Source: Eukaryota sp. TZLM1-RC
Taxonomy: Eukaryota; Protista; Metamonada: BaSk clade
DNA length: 64,000 nucleotides
Assembly: GCA_040285825.1 (NCBI GenBank)
Contig: JAUPSS010000004.1
Span: 4,369,784-4,433,783, forward strand
Reading direction: 5' to 3'
Both the position numbers and the translations under genes were made by a program. Under the pieces are notes generated by a model. That model saw only the letters and a program-made list of their open reading frames with translations. It was not told the DNA's origin and made no database searches. The first letter of the stretch is position 1; each line of letters begins with the position of its first letter. This document shows positions 22,824-35,292 of this stretch, one piece after another.

Positions 22824-24706
22824 TTATTGAGGTCTTCTAAAAGCTAGCGGTCTTGTGTTCAAAAAGTACTCGCTTACTGCAATCTCCCACTGGTTTCTCC
22901 ATGCAGAGTTTTCTCTTGACCAAACCATCCCACATTCTGGACATGTGAAATAGGCTTTAGACTTTTTCCTTTCTTTATTCTCTATGAAGTAAAGGTCTTC
23001 ATGGAAAACTTTGCAACACATCACTTTGGCTGATGTATAGTATTCATCGCCATCCTTCACGGTTTGAAATCGAGCCTTGACATACTTCAGAACGCGCTTT
23101 CTTGGCGTTTTCACTCTTTGACGGGATGGTCCATCACCTCCTTTCCCAAACCAAATAATTACTTCACGTTTTTCAGCCATGTATTTGATTTTCTGGACAA
23201 AATGGATGAATCTCTTTTGGCAACGGACAAAATAGTCGAAGCGATTACCGTGAATAGCTTTTCTTTTTCCTTGATGTAGATGGTGGTCCAATAAACTTTG
23301 TCTTTGAGTTCACGCCTCTTTGAAGATTCACATTAAGCCACTGTTCCATTTCAGTAGGTTGAGTAACATCGACCAACTCTGCTGCCATTGCAATCAGATG
23401 CTGAATATAGCCCTGAACGGAATAACAATTTGGAGTCAGTTGGCTCAACGGAGGAGGAGTTGTCATGGAGCGAGGCTTGGGTGATAAGATCATGCCTGAG
23501 TGGTCCACAAGATTGACCAGCTGTCCAACCCACTAAATTTCTGTGATTGGGGTCTATGGCCACAAAGAAAGGGTTAACATACTGGGGATCCCTTTGTTGC
23601 TGACCTGGAGGCATCTCTGGTCTTTAGGACCTGGTGACTTTTTGCTGTATTGTCTTGGAACGTTTGATTTGAGAGGCGTGGAAGACTCCACTTCGCCTGC
23701 AGCTCGAGCTTCCTTCATCTCTATTTTGGTGCGTCTTTTACGAGTTGGCTTGACTTTGCATGAAAAGGGAAAACGCAAGCTCACACCGTCAGTGGCCACA
23801 AAGTATTCTGGGTATCTGTCCCGAGATAAGCCGAAATAGCGGTAAGGGCATAACAAGAGCTCAGCGCCATGGTTTTTAGAAGCAAAGGCATCGAGCGTTT
23901 GTCTGTTTAAGTTCACAAAGATTGTGACATAACCCGCGAAAGGAGTCAGGACATGTCTTTTCATACTGTCGGGCGAGACACCCTCCAGGAATGACAGTAT
24001 AGTTAAGCCACATCGGAGGACAAAAACAGCAACCTCATTGGATAGTTGTATAATAGGTTTTAAGAGGATACGTTCAAAGGTGCGCTGGTGATTTTTGTCA
24101 GGGAAATCACCACTGATGTCCAGGAAAGCTCCATCTGGCGCTGATAAACTCATGTCACTCGTTGGCAAATGCGGCAACTCTATGTGAGAATGTTGCCCGG
24201 TGCAAGACACAGGAGGCTTTGGTTTTGGGTGTTGGACACACCAGGCAACGCGAACACGTTGTAAAGAATTTTGATTAGCACACCGGTCCATCTGTCATAA
24301 GACGGCAGTGTGCTTCCGCAAAGCAACGGGCTGTTACAAAAACAAAAGAGGAATAGCACCACGGGCGAACCCCTCGGCCTCCAGTATGGCGGCTTGATGA
24401 ACACAGTGGTCGAAAGGGGTCGCTCGGGCGTGACGACAGAAAACAGCAAGTGTCGTAAACAACAGCCTCCCTAACGAAGGGCTGTCGGTTATGAGGCACC
24501 GAGAACATCACAAAGTCACAACACAGTTCCCAGAACTGCTGCTATGTGAGCCAACTGCTCAGGTCCGCGCGCTGTAGGACAAAAAGTTGAGCCAGCCTAG
24601 TAGCAAGTACCACAATACGTTGCTTATTCGTAAGCTGACTGTCCAGTTCCGACTGGACTACAGGAGAGAAGAAGGTATCAACTGATGTTGCCACTGTTAT
24701 AGTCAT
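22824..24706 (-). pseudogene. Fanzor1-type RNA-guided nuclease A, full length but frameshifted
   Basis: ATG 24706 (MTITVATSVDTFF...) aligns with the Fanzor B N-terminus; ATDGVSL; VAIDPN (RuvC-I); WFG; DEYYTS (RuvC-II); CC...CPEC; WSRENSA..N; RPLAFRR. Confidence 0.9.
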
Positions 24707-25714
24707 CAGTGCAGTGGGCGTGACAGTCGAGAAAAGATCAGCCAGTCAAAAATAAAATTCTGTCTATTTACAAGTTCTTACATCTATAGAAATGAGAAGA
24801 CACTTTAGTAGGTGATTCTGGAACTGCTTTGAGCATCTTCTTTGCTGAAGAGTCAAATTTGATAAAGTTGTTTTTGAAGACAGCAGTATTGTAACCCAGA
24901 AACTTTGTAGTTTCGATGAGTTCGTGTAATATTTCAACAATTTTGATGTATATTTCTACATCAGACTTAACTGAATGTCCACTAATATAATAGATTCATG
25001 CACTTCTTGTCTTGAAACTAGACATCTGAATACTTATTATAACCTTGTCTCTCTACTTCGCCCTCTTCACACTTTTCACACTCTTTCTACTCATCTTTGC
25101 TCCATACAAGATGTTCTCACTTCCAACCTACTGAACTCCATTCCACACTTTCGAAGAGAAACTACTTTCTTTCAGACCCACTTACTAAACCCCACCACTC
25201 TCTTCCTATTTATTTATTCCTCTCCGTCATCAGCTCTTTCACAATCCTACTTTTCTCTTCTTTTAGACTCTGTCATTATGGTTGATTAGGGTTGATCACA
25301 TTGCCTCAATTACATAAAGCTTGGAGTAAGTTGTCTATAAATTTCAATTTGCCAGAGATATTTTAGTTGCTATTCAATGAAGGTTGTCTGGAATTGTTTT
25401 GCTCAAATTTCATTACCATAGTAATGCTTAAAATTTGTTATTTCAGACTCTTACCTTTCCTTCCAGAATTTCATTGATGTCTTCTTCTCGACATCTTTCT
25501 CTTGTGCGACAGTGTTTAATTGTTTCACTTCAAACAGTTATTCATTCAATAGTAAGTTCTTTGTCTTTTTTGTTTGAGGAATTGAGTTCAACTTTGTAAA
25601 GCTTCAATGGTTTATTAGTTTATTTATTTGGGGTTCATTAGTTTATTTATCAAATCAAAATTTAAATTCTGAGTTTGTATTTATTGATTAAATAGATTTC
25701 TTCCATTTATGTTT

Positions 25715-26461
25715 ATTTTATTGAATTTGCACACTTAATTAAATTAACTCATACTAATGGGACGACTATCATTGAACCAAGATTTCCTCTACAAAATCTT
25801 GATCTGCTTGCTGTCTAGCTAAAGCTTCTCTTATTCGATTGAAAAACCGGGTTAATCTATTAATAATGGCAAATTGAATCCGTGAACGCCATGAACAAAT
25901 ATTAAATCTTTTCATTGTTTTTTCTTGAACCATTTTTTGGAAGTCATTCAAAAAAGTTTCTGCTTTATCTGATAATCTTCCATTTATCGAAAATGGGAAA
26001 GCAATAAAAACCAGCTGTGTATTTCTATCAGCATTAGCCTCTTCAATATGTTCATCATATTTTCTATGTTTCTCTTTTGCTTTAAAATCAAGAGCACTCA
26101 CAGGATTAAGTTTTCTTCTGTGAACCAAAGTATCATTTGCAACATCACATGAGACAAAGTCAACAATAGCTTCAGAATTATCAATCCAATCACAGTATAC
26201 ATCACCTCTTTCATCAGAACCAAAATTATTCAGAGAAAGTGTTTCCTTCAGCAGAGGCTCTTTGATACACGAAATTCTTGCAGTTTGTGCCATATTGAAA
26301 ACAGTGTCTCTAACAGCATCATGTAATGAAGAACGATAAGTTATCAATTTAGAGCAATTCAGAGCATGGTGCAAAGTGAGTTGAGGTGAATTCGAACAAA
26401 TACATTTTTCTTTTGATAATAATTGATTAATGGGGATATTTAAATATAATCTCATTTTTGT
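25715..26461 (-). mobile_element. Non-LTR family A, 5'-truncated (RLE ORF 25769-26455)
   Basis: Nearly identical to the 18380-19070 copy. Confidence 0.88.
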
Positions 26462-26566
26462 CCATTTATATCATTAAATTGTTTCACTGAAATAAAATTT
26501 GATTTCCTTTTTTAAAAATTTTCTATTCAACCCATCATAATTCAAAACAATAACAACACGTATGTT

Positions 26567-26803
26567 TTCTTTATTGAACTACAGCACTTAATAAAGTAAA
26601 ATCAGAACTAATGGGACTAAAATGAATTAATCAAGATATTCTCTACAAAATCCTGATCTACTTGTTTTCTAGCTCTTGCTTTTCTTATTCGATATAAGAA
26701 ATGAGGTAATCTATTAATGATGGCAAATTGAATCCGAAAGCGCCATAAAATAAATCTCTTCATTGTTTTTTCTTGAACCAATTTTTGAAAATCATTCAAA
26801 AAA
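26567..26803 (-). mobile_element. Non-LTR family A, short 3' fragment
   Basis: NDFQKLVQEKTMKRF...RIQFAIINRLP plus the conserved 3' UTR. Confidence 0.85.
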
Positions 26804-26808
26804 TTTCA

Positions 26809-26945
26809 TGTTCCTTCTATTAGTCTAATCGTTGACTAATCTAAATAGAAGAAGTGTTTCTGCTAGCGAGATATAGTTAAGTGTGACACAAAGTGTTACA
26901 AATTGAAACAGGTCAGCAAAAGCAGATACCATCAATAATTAATGG
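26809..26945 (+). repeat. Possible orphan 5' LTR of a further family
   Basis: TGTT...CATCA (126 bp) followed by ATAATTAATGG, close to the post-LTR motif of the other elements; no partner LTR. Confidence 0.4.
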
Positions 26946-27265
26946 AAGGGGAGCGGTATAGGTTGATTAGGAGGATGAGATTACGATTAGAGTAACAATA
27001 GCTGAAAGAATTGGGCCAGGCGGGATTTCCAAAAGGAATATGGTCAGGGGGGTTATTATTCAACCAAACAGACCCAACAGACTACCACAGAAGATTTAAG
27101 ATTTTCAGATACTAACTTGTGCTGTTTATGTTATACTCTTCCTTGAGTTTCGCATAAAGAATGTACATCCTAAGTGGATTTCTTAAATAACTTCTATGTA
27201 GATATCCTTTTCAGACCTGTTGAAATCCATCTTGAAACAGTGACCATCCTTCTTCTTATTACGTC

Positions 27266-28345
27266 ATGTCTGTGGTTTTAAGTTATTGTTCAAATGAGGA
27301 TAATTCTGCTTTTGGTATCGTCCGATCTGGTTCTCTCACAGCTTACGAGTTTAAAGCCCCTGGTCAGGTTAGTCTCAAAGCCAGGATCGGTGCCTCTAAC
27401 ATCAGATTTGCTGCTATTTCTGGCTCTCCTCTAACATTTATTGCAATCGCACGTGATGCAGAGAATCTTCTTGACAACATGTACATTGAAGTTCTAGAAA
27501 TCAAAGGTAACCATCCTGTCAGTTTGGGCACCATTTCTGTCGCCAAGGCACCAGTTACCGGCATTCGCATGATTGGTCAGTTCCTTCTCGTCATCAACCA
27601 GACATCCATCATTGCCCACTCCCTCAGCAACCTGAAACAGTACTGTACGATCAACACGTTCCCTTCAACATTCCCTGTATGTGCCGTGGATTACAACATG
27701 GGAGTTCGAATCGCGTATGCTGATCCTCAGAAAACAGGTTTAGTTAGTATAATGGAACTCAAATCAAAAGAGATTATTGGAACGTTTAAAGCCCACAACC
27801 ATTCCATTGTAAGCATAGTTTTTGGTCCTGACGGTGATATGATTGCCACTGCCTCTTCTAGGGGTACATTGGTGAGGGTGTTTGAAGTTTCACGGTTATT
27901 TGAAGTTGGTCCCCCCACTGTTCCTCCTTGTTGCTCTTTCCGCAGAGGTCATGTACCGTCATCCATTAGTGCGCTCCTGCTTCAGCCCCCATTCCTGTGT
28001 GTTACATCTGATAGAGAAACCATTCACTTTTTCCAACTAACACAAAAAGATGAGAATGCGCAAGTGGACACTGATAACCAAGCTGCCTCGCTGTACTCCA
28101 TTTCTGAGGGAAGCAGATTTCCTTTTTACATTAGAATCCCAAGTAGTCCCTGTTTTTCAGCCAGGTATATTGCTTTGCGTAGCTATGATCGAGACATTGG
28201 CAATGAAATGGATTATCAAGTGCGACATGAGTTTTGGATTTGTGATCATACAGCAACAGCTCACAGCTTTTCTGTTCCTGACAGAGGTTTCCATAAGACC
28301 CAAGAGGTTCTACAGTTATCAGAGGGTAGTACAATTTGTTTATAG
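27266..28345 (+). CDS. ATG18: Atg18/WIPI-family PROPPIN (WD40)
   Basis: KAHNHSI...GDMIATASSRGTLVRVF, the phosphoinositide-binding FRRG motif, SDRETIHFF. Confidence 0.9.
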   Translation: MSVVLSYCSNEDNSAFGIVRSGSLTAYEFKAPGQVSLKARIGASNIRFAAISGSPLTFIAIARDAENLLDNMYIEVLEIKGNHPVSLGTISVAKAPVTGIRMIGQFLLVINQTSIIAHSLSNLKQYCTINTFPSTFPVCAVDYNMGVRIAYADPQKTGLVSIMELKSKEIIGTFKAHNHSIVSIVFGPDGDMIATASSRGTLVRVFEVSRLFEVGPPTVPPCCSFRRGHVPSSISALLLQPPFLCVTSDRETIHFFQLTQKDENAQVDTDNQAASLYSISEGSRFPFYIRIPSSPCFSARYIALRSYDRDIGNEMDYQVRHEFWICDHTATAHSFSVPDRGFHKTQEVLQLSEGSTICL

Positions 28346-28569
28346 TTGGTGTTGTGAAATAAATAGATATAAATATTAAACATTTTTGTGTTTTCATTTT
28401 TAATAAAATGGAGTAGAAACTCATCTGAGTAACTCAAACCTATATTAAAGTGAATGAAAATAATGATGATAAAAGCGTGCATCGTGAATCATTCCAAAAC
28501 TGAAATCAACCACAAGAATCAATAGTTCCAACAAAGAAAAATTCAATTTATTAATTTATTATTTAAAAG

Positions 28570-31410
28570 CTCGTTTTGGGTTCGTTTATAGGAAATAATG
28601 ATGAAATTACCAAAGAATTGATTGAAAAGTTGATGACTTTAGATTTTCAGAAACATATCAAATTTACCATTATAAGAATGTGTTCTAGCTCCAACTTTAA
28701 TCATTCATTTAATCGACCTACAAATCATCTTGTCACTAGGCCTTTGGCCCAGAAGTTTAATGAATTACGTGCAAAAGTTTTGTCACAATTACTAGGATGT
28801 AACATGTTCCAAAATTCAGAGCATGCTTATCTTAGTCCACATTATGGCGGCTCGGCTGTTTTAAATCAAGATCTTTACTCATTGTTATTGGAAAAGGGTG
28901 TTTGTGAAAATCAGTCACCTGATTCGTCACTGTTTGTAACCATTGTACCACGAAGATGTGGACTGTGGGCTAATAATGAAGCGTTTGAACAAAAATGAGA
29001 TTATATTCGAATATCCCCATTAATCGATTATTATCAAAAGAAAAATGTATTTGTTCGAATTCACCTCAACTCACTTTGCGCCATGCTCTGAATTGTTCTA
29101 AATTGATAAACTATCGTTCTTCATTACATGATGCTGTTAGAGACACTGTTGTTAATATGGCACGAACTGCAAAAATTTTGTGTATCAAAGAACCTCTGTT
29201 GAAGGAAACACTTTCTCTGAATAATTTTGGTTCTGATGATAGAGGTGATGTATACTGTGATTGGATTGATAATTCTGAAGCTGTTGTTGACTGTGTCTCA
29301 TGTAATGTTTCAAATGACACTTTGGTTCACAGAAGAAAACTTAATCCTGTGGCTGCTCTTGATTTTAAAGCAAAAGAGAAACATAGAAAGTATAACAAAG
29401 ATATCGAAGAGGCTAATGCTGATAGAAATAGACCAGTAGTTTTTATTGCTTTCCCATTTTCGATAAATAGAAAACTATCAGTGAAGCACAAACTTTTTTG
29501 AATGGTTTCCAAAAAATGGTTCAAGAAAAAAAATGAAAAGATTTGATATTTTTGACGGCGCTCTCAGATTCAATTTGCCATTATTAATAGGTGGATGACA
29601 TCTCTCTTTTCAGTTCTTTTGATGTTGTCCAAAAAGCTTCAAATGAAATTGCTGAACAATATGAAACCATTGGTCTTCACTTGAATCCTAAAAAATGTTT
29701 GTTTATTGGTAATGATTTCACAGAGTTTAAAATTAATAATTGTAAAATACCTTTTACCAATTATTCACAAGAAGCTTTTCGTTTTCTAGGATGTTGGTTA
29801 GGAAATGTTGATGAAATTACTGAAAATCTTAACGAAATTGTTGCAAAACTTGGTACTGAGCTTCAATTGATTTCTGAATTAGAAATTGAGAAACATATTA
29901 CTCCGGAAAAATTACTCACTTATTGAGGTCGACAGCACCTTCGTTGTCTATCCATTTTTGCCGATCATTTAATCAACTTCGTGTAACTTTCTTTGCTTCC
30001 CTATTAGAAGTAAATCGTAAGCTAATTCGAGCTCACTTGTTCTCTTCTTCACAATTTGGTGGTGTTGGCTTTACTAAATCTTCAATTCTTTGTCAAGCAG
30101 CTTTTGTTGGTGGTGGCAAAAATTAAATTTTTGAATTTCTTAATCGTTTCCCTGAAAATATTCATTTGCTTAGTCCATCATTTTCAAAATATTTGTATGA
30201 CCTTGATGTTGCCATCAATAAAATTGCACCACAAACTTGGTGCCAATGTTTTCCCGAGTCAGTTCAAGAGATTCCTCCACGAAATTTAGTTAATTTTAGG
30301 TATTGTGTAAAGAAGCTTTAACAAAAACTGACAGTAATATTTGAAAGGTTGGATTATGAAGTACGTCTTGGTAGGGCCAAGCAAGAAATCCCACTTTTGC
30401 AAATTTTTTACTGGATGTTTGCGATAGTTCTACCTCTTGTTTAATTAATCAAGTACCAAGAATTTATGGTTTGTTTCTCAATGACCCTTGCTTTTCATTA
30501 TCTATGTGTCTTCGATCTTTTATTTGGCCTGATAATTTTCCTCATGGATTAATTTGTAAATATGGAAAGTCTGTCACTCCAACCCATTTATTTAATTGTA
30601 ATCGATTTATTACTTTTAGATCAAAAGTGCATGATTCAGTTCGTGATCACCTCTTTTGTATGTTTAAATCCTACAAGATTGAATTTTTTTCAGAACCTTT
30701 GCTTTCAAATTTGGCTGATGAATCTGACAGAAATTCTTTTGGTGACAGCCGTGGTGATGTGCTAGTTCCCGGACTTGATGGATCAATGATCATTATTGAT
30801 GTCAGATCTACTGATGTATCAAACAGCTCAAATGAAAAACTGGCACAATCTTATAATTCACCTTTACGTAGAGCTGAAGAAGCGAGAATTATCAAGTACA
30901 CAGAAAAAATCAATAATCTGAATTCCAACTCACATACTCAATACCTTCTTTGTCCTTTTGCTTTTTCTTGATTTAAAACCTTGGGTAAAACTGCGTTATC
31001 TTTTTTGGACGATTTCTCTTCTATTACCAAAAATCGAACTGGAAGAATAGTTGACTGAACCTTTTGGCAAAACAGAATTGTATTTTCTATTTCTAAGGGA
31101 ATGTATAGCCTTGTTTCTAGCTCGTTGTTATCACTAGGAAAAATTTATGAAGAAAATGCTGTAGGTAAGTTTTCAATAGTAGATGTGGAGTTTGAGGAGA
31201 TTGAATTTTAGTTTTTTTTACAATTTTGTTTGAATAGAATATGTATCAAAAAAGATTATTAATAGATTACCTCGGTTTCTCAATTGAATTAGAGAAGCTT
31301 TAGCTAGACAGCAAACAGATCAAGATTTTGTAGAGGAAATCTTGGTTCACTGATTTTCGTCCCATTAGTTATGAATTAATGTTTTTAAGCGTGCAAGTTC
31401 ACTAAATATC
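28570..31410 (+). mobile_element. Non-LTR family A copy split by a family B insertion (28570-29590 and 31255-31410)
   Basis: The family A sequence stops at ...ATTATTAATAG and resumes with ATTATTAATAG ATTACCTCGG. Confidence 0.88.
29591..31254 (+). mobile_element. 5'-truncated RLE-type non-LTR retrotransposon, family B, with 11-bp TSD
   Basis: Starts at the RT xDD motif (VDDISL); FRFLGC, GGVG, HLFNC, HDSVRD, RGDVLV..IIDV, IIKY; TSD ATTATTAATAG at 29580-29590 and 31255-31265; short A-rich 3' end. Confidence 0.88.
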
Positions 31411-31950
31411 TTTAAAGCTTAGAAACACGGAGATAATGTTCAATGTTCTCTCTGCAGAACATCTCTTCGTGACATCTTCCATGGTACTTGTTCAACATCA
31501 ACGTAGAATTCACTCATCTTTTCACCACTCCCCTTTATCAATCCAAAGGAAGAAGGAATAAGTGACCTTTATGAAGCATTTCATCTTAATACAATCAAAA
31601 TAAGTACTTTCTACAGGCAACAACCTCATTTCCAAATATAATACATTAAGGATTGAACATAAATCATATGGTAAGTCAGAGTCAATGAAGATTCAATTTT
31701 GATGAAGCAGTGTATTCCCTAGCTGATGTGTAGCACCAGTAGACTGTCTTGGTTCCTTAGCTTTCTTGGTGGAGTTAAGTGTAACCTACTGTGAATTTCA
31801 CTTATCATGCATTCCCCTGTGAAATTTACTCCTGTTTTCAACTTTCTCAATGTCTACTCACAGGCTGTAAGAGACATGTAGCATCATTTGACAAAGACAA
31901 TCATGATCTTCATCAATGGGCTACCTCACTTAAATACACCTACTGCTTTC

Positions 31951-32044
31951 ACAGAACAAAGCCTCGCGACTTGATGTATCTAAGTGGATCTACCAAATGC
32001 TACTAGGGCATTTGTAGATCGGTCTCAAAAGATTTTGTTTCTGT
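31951..32044 (-). ncRNA. Candidate omegaRNA scaffold of Fanzor B
   Basis: 13-bp hairpin GAUCUACAAAUGC/GCAUUU-G-GUAGAUC (31987-32020) enclosed by the ACAGAAACAAA/UUUGUUCUGU stem, 17 nt after the stop. Confidence 0.55.
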
Positions 32045-32061
32045 ATGCTCAGGTTCCCCAT

Positions 32062-34003
32062 TCATCTTCTCAACAGAGCATCTGGGCAAATGTATCTTTC
32101 CGGCCACAATTCCGCTTTTTTCTTAATTTGAATATTTTTTGCAGCGGAAATATCTCTGTCATATACTATTTGACACTCAGTACAAATACGCATCTGCCAT
32201 GAGCCTGCTTGAATATTCTCGGCCATGCAACAACTTGACATTTTGCTTGTATTAAATTCACTGGTTGACAAGTGCTTCACGTCCTTTTGATAACACAACC
32301 ATTTTCTGAAAGCCCTTGCTGATCCATATCGATTGACTTTTCGGCAATGAGAAGGGAAATTAGCAGAACCCACAGCAAGATAGAGTTTTTCAGGATGTCC
32401 AGCCAGCCTTTGAAATTTGTTGAGACTCTCTCTGAACCGTCTCTCTTTTCGTCTGCGGTTATCAAATTTAATTATTTTCCATTTCTGGCGATTACTTTCC
32501 TCCTGACCAAATTCCAATGGTTCAAATATTGGTTGAAATTTTGAACGGAATATTGGTTGGGAGAGTGTTTACTGGGTGAAGGTTTTGTCATGTATCTTCT
32601 GCCAGTTGGACAAGGGATAACTCCACATTGATTATCATTTAAGAAGTAACCACATAATCTTGATTGGCCAAGATCAACGCCGATAAGGGGGCTTTCAGGT
32701 AAAATTTCGACTGGATGTCTACGTCTTCGACGGGGCATTTTTTAGTACCCTTCAACTGTGTTTCTCTGGTTTTGTTGGCATTAGGGTCACTTTTCATTTC
32801 ATTTTTTGATCTTCTTTTCTTTTTCGGTGGTTCATCCAGCTCATCTGTGTTTTCTGAGTCATTATTTTTACCTTCAAAGGTCAAAAGCAGTTCATTACCA
32901 TTAGTTTTCAATAAAATTTTGTTAAATCTATTTTTCAAACTTTTTCTGTTGATATTGAATTTTTGGTAAGGACATTGTTTGAATATTCGTTTCAGACATG
33001 TATTTTTGATAAACTTTGTTTTGGAAGATGATCCTTCAATAATTGGAAATTTTTTCACAGAGTGGAAAATTTGTGAAGGTACCTCAATAAATTTAGAACC
33101 TTTATGAGAAGCTAAAGGTATTATTCTAAATTTCTTTCAGCAATGCATATGAGAAAAGAAAGTGAATAAGTATTGTGAAATTTTAAGATTGAAGAGAAAA
33201 AGCTCACTAATTTCCTTTGATGAAAAAGTGATTTTATCATGTGAGGACAGTAGGGAGGCAGTGGTAGGAAATCTTTGAAAGAGATTCAAGATAAACTTAC
33301 ATGCATTCAATAAAAAAAATCTTTCTCTTGAATTATTCAAATTGAAATTGATGAGGTATTCAAGAACAGAATCAACTACTACTTCCTCGGGTTGGGCTAG
33401 TGGTTCATCTGGCAAAAGTGAAAGTATATTATTTGCAAAGACATTTGTTTTATCCAGGGCTCTACAATGAGCACGAATAAAGTTTTTTGTCCAGGATTGA
33501 CAAATTTTAGGTAAACTTGTCTTAACGTTGGAGGCCAATTGACGAGCCCGACAAGCAAGGTAAGGAGAAAGCCCTTTTCTATTGATAAAATTACAGTTCT
33601 GGGACTGCAGCCAATCATTGAGGAAAAGATTGAATGAATTTCTGTAAGGCACTAAAGAATTTTCCCACACAGAAACAAGAGACCTGTCTTGTGGGCATTC
33701 AGGAAGAAATCCATTGTAAAAGATATGGAGTAATTGGCGTTGGCCTTTAGATGTGGAAGGCTTAGGGAAAGAACCAGTGGTGATGACGGTCATAAACAGA
33801 TACCATACATCCTGTTCCACTAAAGCTCTAGATGCCAACGGAAAATTTAGAAGAAAAGATTGAAGTAATAAAGAAGCTTCATGACAAATCTCGGTGACCA
33901 CAGGAAGGTCAGTCCGAATTTGTTGCACCGCTGCAGGGGTCAGCAGCGAGTTAAGTGCACAAGACCGAGTGAATACACGTGACACAGAGTGGGTGTCTGA
34001 CAT
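32062..34003 (-). pseudogene. Fanzor1-type nuclease B, full length; one stop and about two frameshifts
   Basis: FRIIPLASH..KFIEV; IGVDLG (D), TSEFNTSK (E), CC..CTEC, YDRDISAAKNI (D). The RuvC D-E-D triad is intact. Confidence 0.9.
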
Positions 34004-34149
34004 GTAGTGAGAATAAAGAGCTCATCTATCAAATTTTACACTTGTCACCCCATTTTCGACCTCTGGTTGCCTGTTCTGGGAGGTTTTTAACCCTCAACTT
34101 GGTTTTGGGAGGTTTTCACTATTCCCACACTTTCCCCTCACTTCATAAA

Positions 34150-34456
34150 ACAGGTGTATTCTTCCTCCCTCTTCACGATTTTCTTGCCTTATCTAAAGGA
34201 AACTCAATTCTCTGGTCTCGCACAAAACGAATCAACCTTATTGGCTCTGTTGCACCTTCTGTTTCTTTATTCTCATCTCCAACACCTGGTGTTCTCTCCC
34301 GATATTTTCCTCCTCATGCTACTGGTAGAAAGAATTTCCAGTTACCCTTCTTCTCTAACATTGTTTCTTGTAGTGTAGGTGTTCATCATACATTGACACT
34401 CACTGCTTGTGGTAATTGCTATGGATTTGGTCTGAACAAATCTACCAATTAGGCAA
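34150..34456 (+). pseudogene. RCC1-repeat gene fragment
   Basis: IVSCSVGVHHTLTLTACGNCYGFGLN, then YQLG after a frameshift. Confidence 0.6.
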
Positions 34457-35049
34457 CAACTACCCCCCAAAGCAGCACTTTCAAACCGTCTTCCTAAGAT
34501 TTTTTTAGAAATTCAATCAATTTATCTATCCTAAATGAACCCTGGAGAAAACCAAAAGTCGAAATGCTATACGACACGTGTGGATAAGGTTTGTCAAGTG
34601 GCATAAAGGTAGTTAGTGTTCATCATCTACTGAGTTTTCATGTTATTATTGATTAGCTACTTGCTTCAATTGTGATGTATCCGGGACAATTCCACAGAAA
34701 TGATACTATCAATAATGATTGAAGTTTGTTAATAATAATTGAGTTCTGCGAAACAGTGAAAAGATTTCTGTATGTATGTTATCATGAAGCTTCAGTTGTT
34801 TTGATGAACACACAACCATCCTTTTATGAACAGCAATTATAAATCCTCTATCAATGAGAAAAACATTAAAACAGCCAACAAAAGATTCACATATTTACAC
34901 TGTTGTGTCAGCATGTCAATGCTAAAACATTAAAATCAAATAATTAAGCCATATTTATTTCTATGCAATACAAATCCAACTATCCTTGTTGTTGAGCTTT
35001 CATTGACAAGCTTCTTCCTAAAGTTAACAGAATGATCATATGGTAACAA

Positions 35050-35169
35050 ACCAGCAGCTATAATTTCATCACACAACAATAATTGAGAAGAAATAACAAC
35101 CTCGTCGGCTTCTTCTTGCAAGTTGATAATAGTCTCTTCAGCATCAAGACCAGAGTTTTGAGCAAGTGT
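35050..35169 (-). pseudogene. CCT6: Fragment of chaperonin CCT-zeta C-terminus with an internal deletion
   Basis: TLAQNSGLDAEETIINLQEE joined to VISSQLLLCDEIIAAG. Confidence 0.65.
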
Positions 35170-35198
35170 TTATCTCAATAGGTCAGAAACACAAAAAA

Positions 35199-35238
35199 GG
35201 GATTAGGGAGGGATTAGGGAGGGAAGGGAAAAAAAGGG
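35199..35238 (+). repeat. G-run tract with seven GGG runs including two TTAGGG
   Basis: gggattagggagggattagggagggaagggaaaaaaaggg. Confidence 0.7.
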
Positions 35239-35292
35239 ATTTGTATTCAACCTAAAATTCAACCACAGTAAAAAAGAATCTCCAAAGAAAAG

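Noticed and set aside
24975-25330. Short pyrimidine-rich ORFs
   Set aside because: No recognisable motif; probably decayed sequence.
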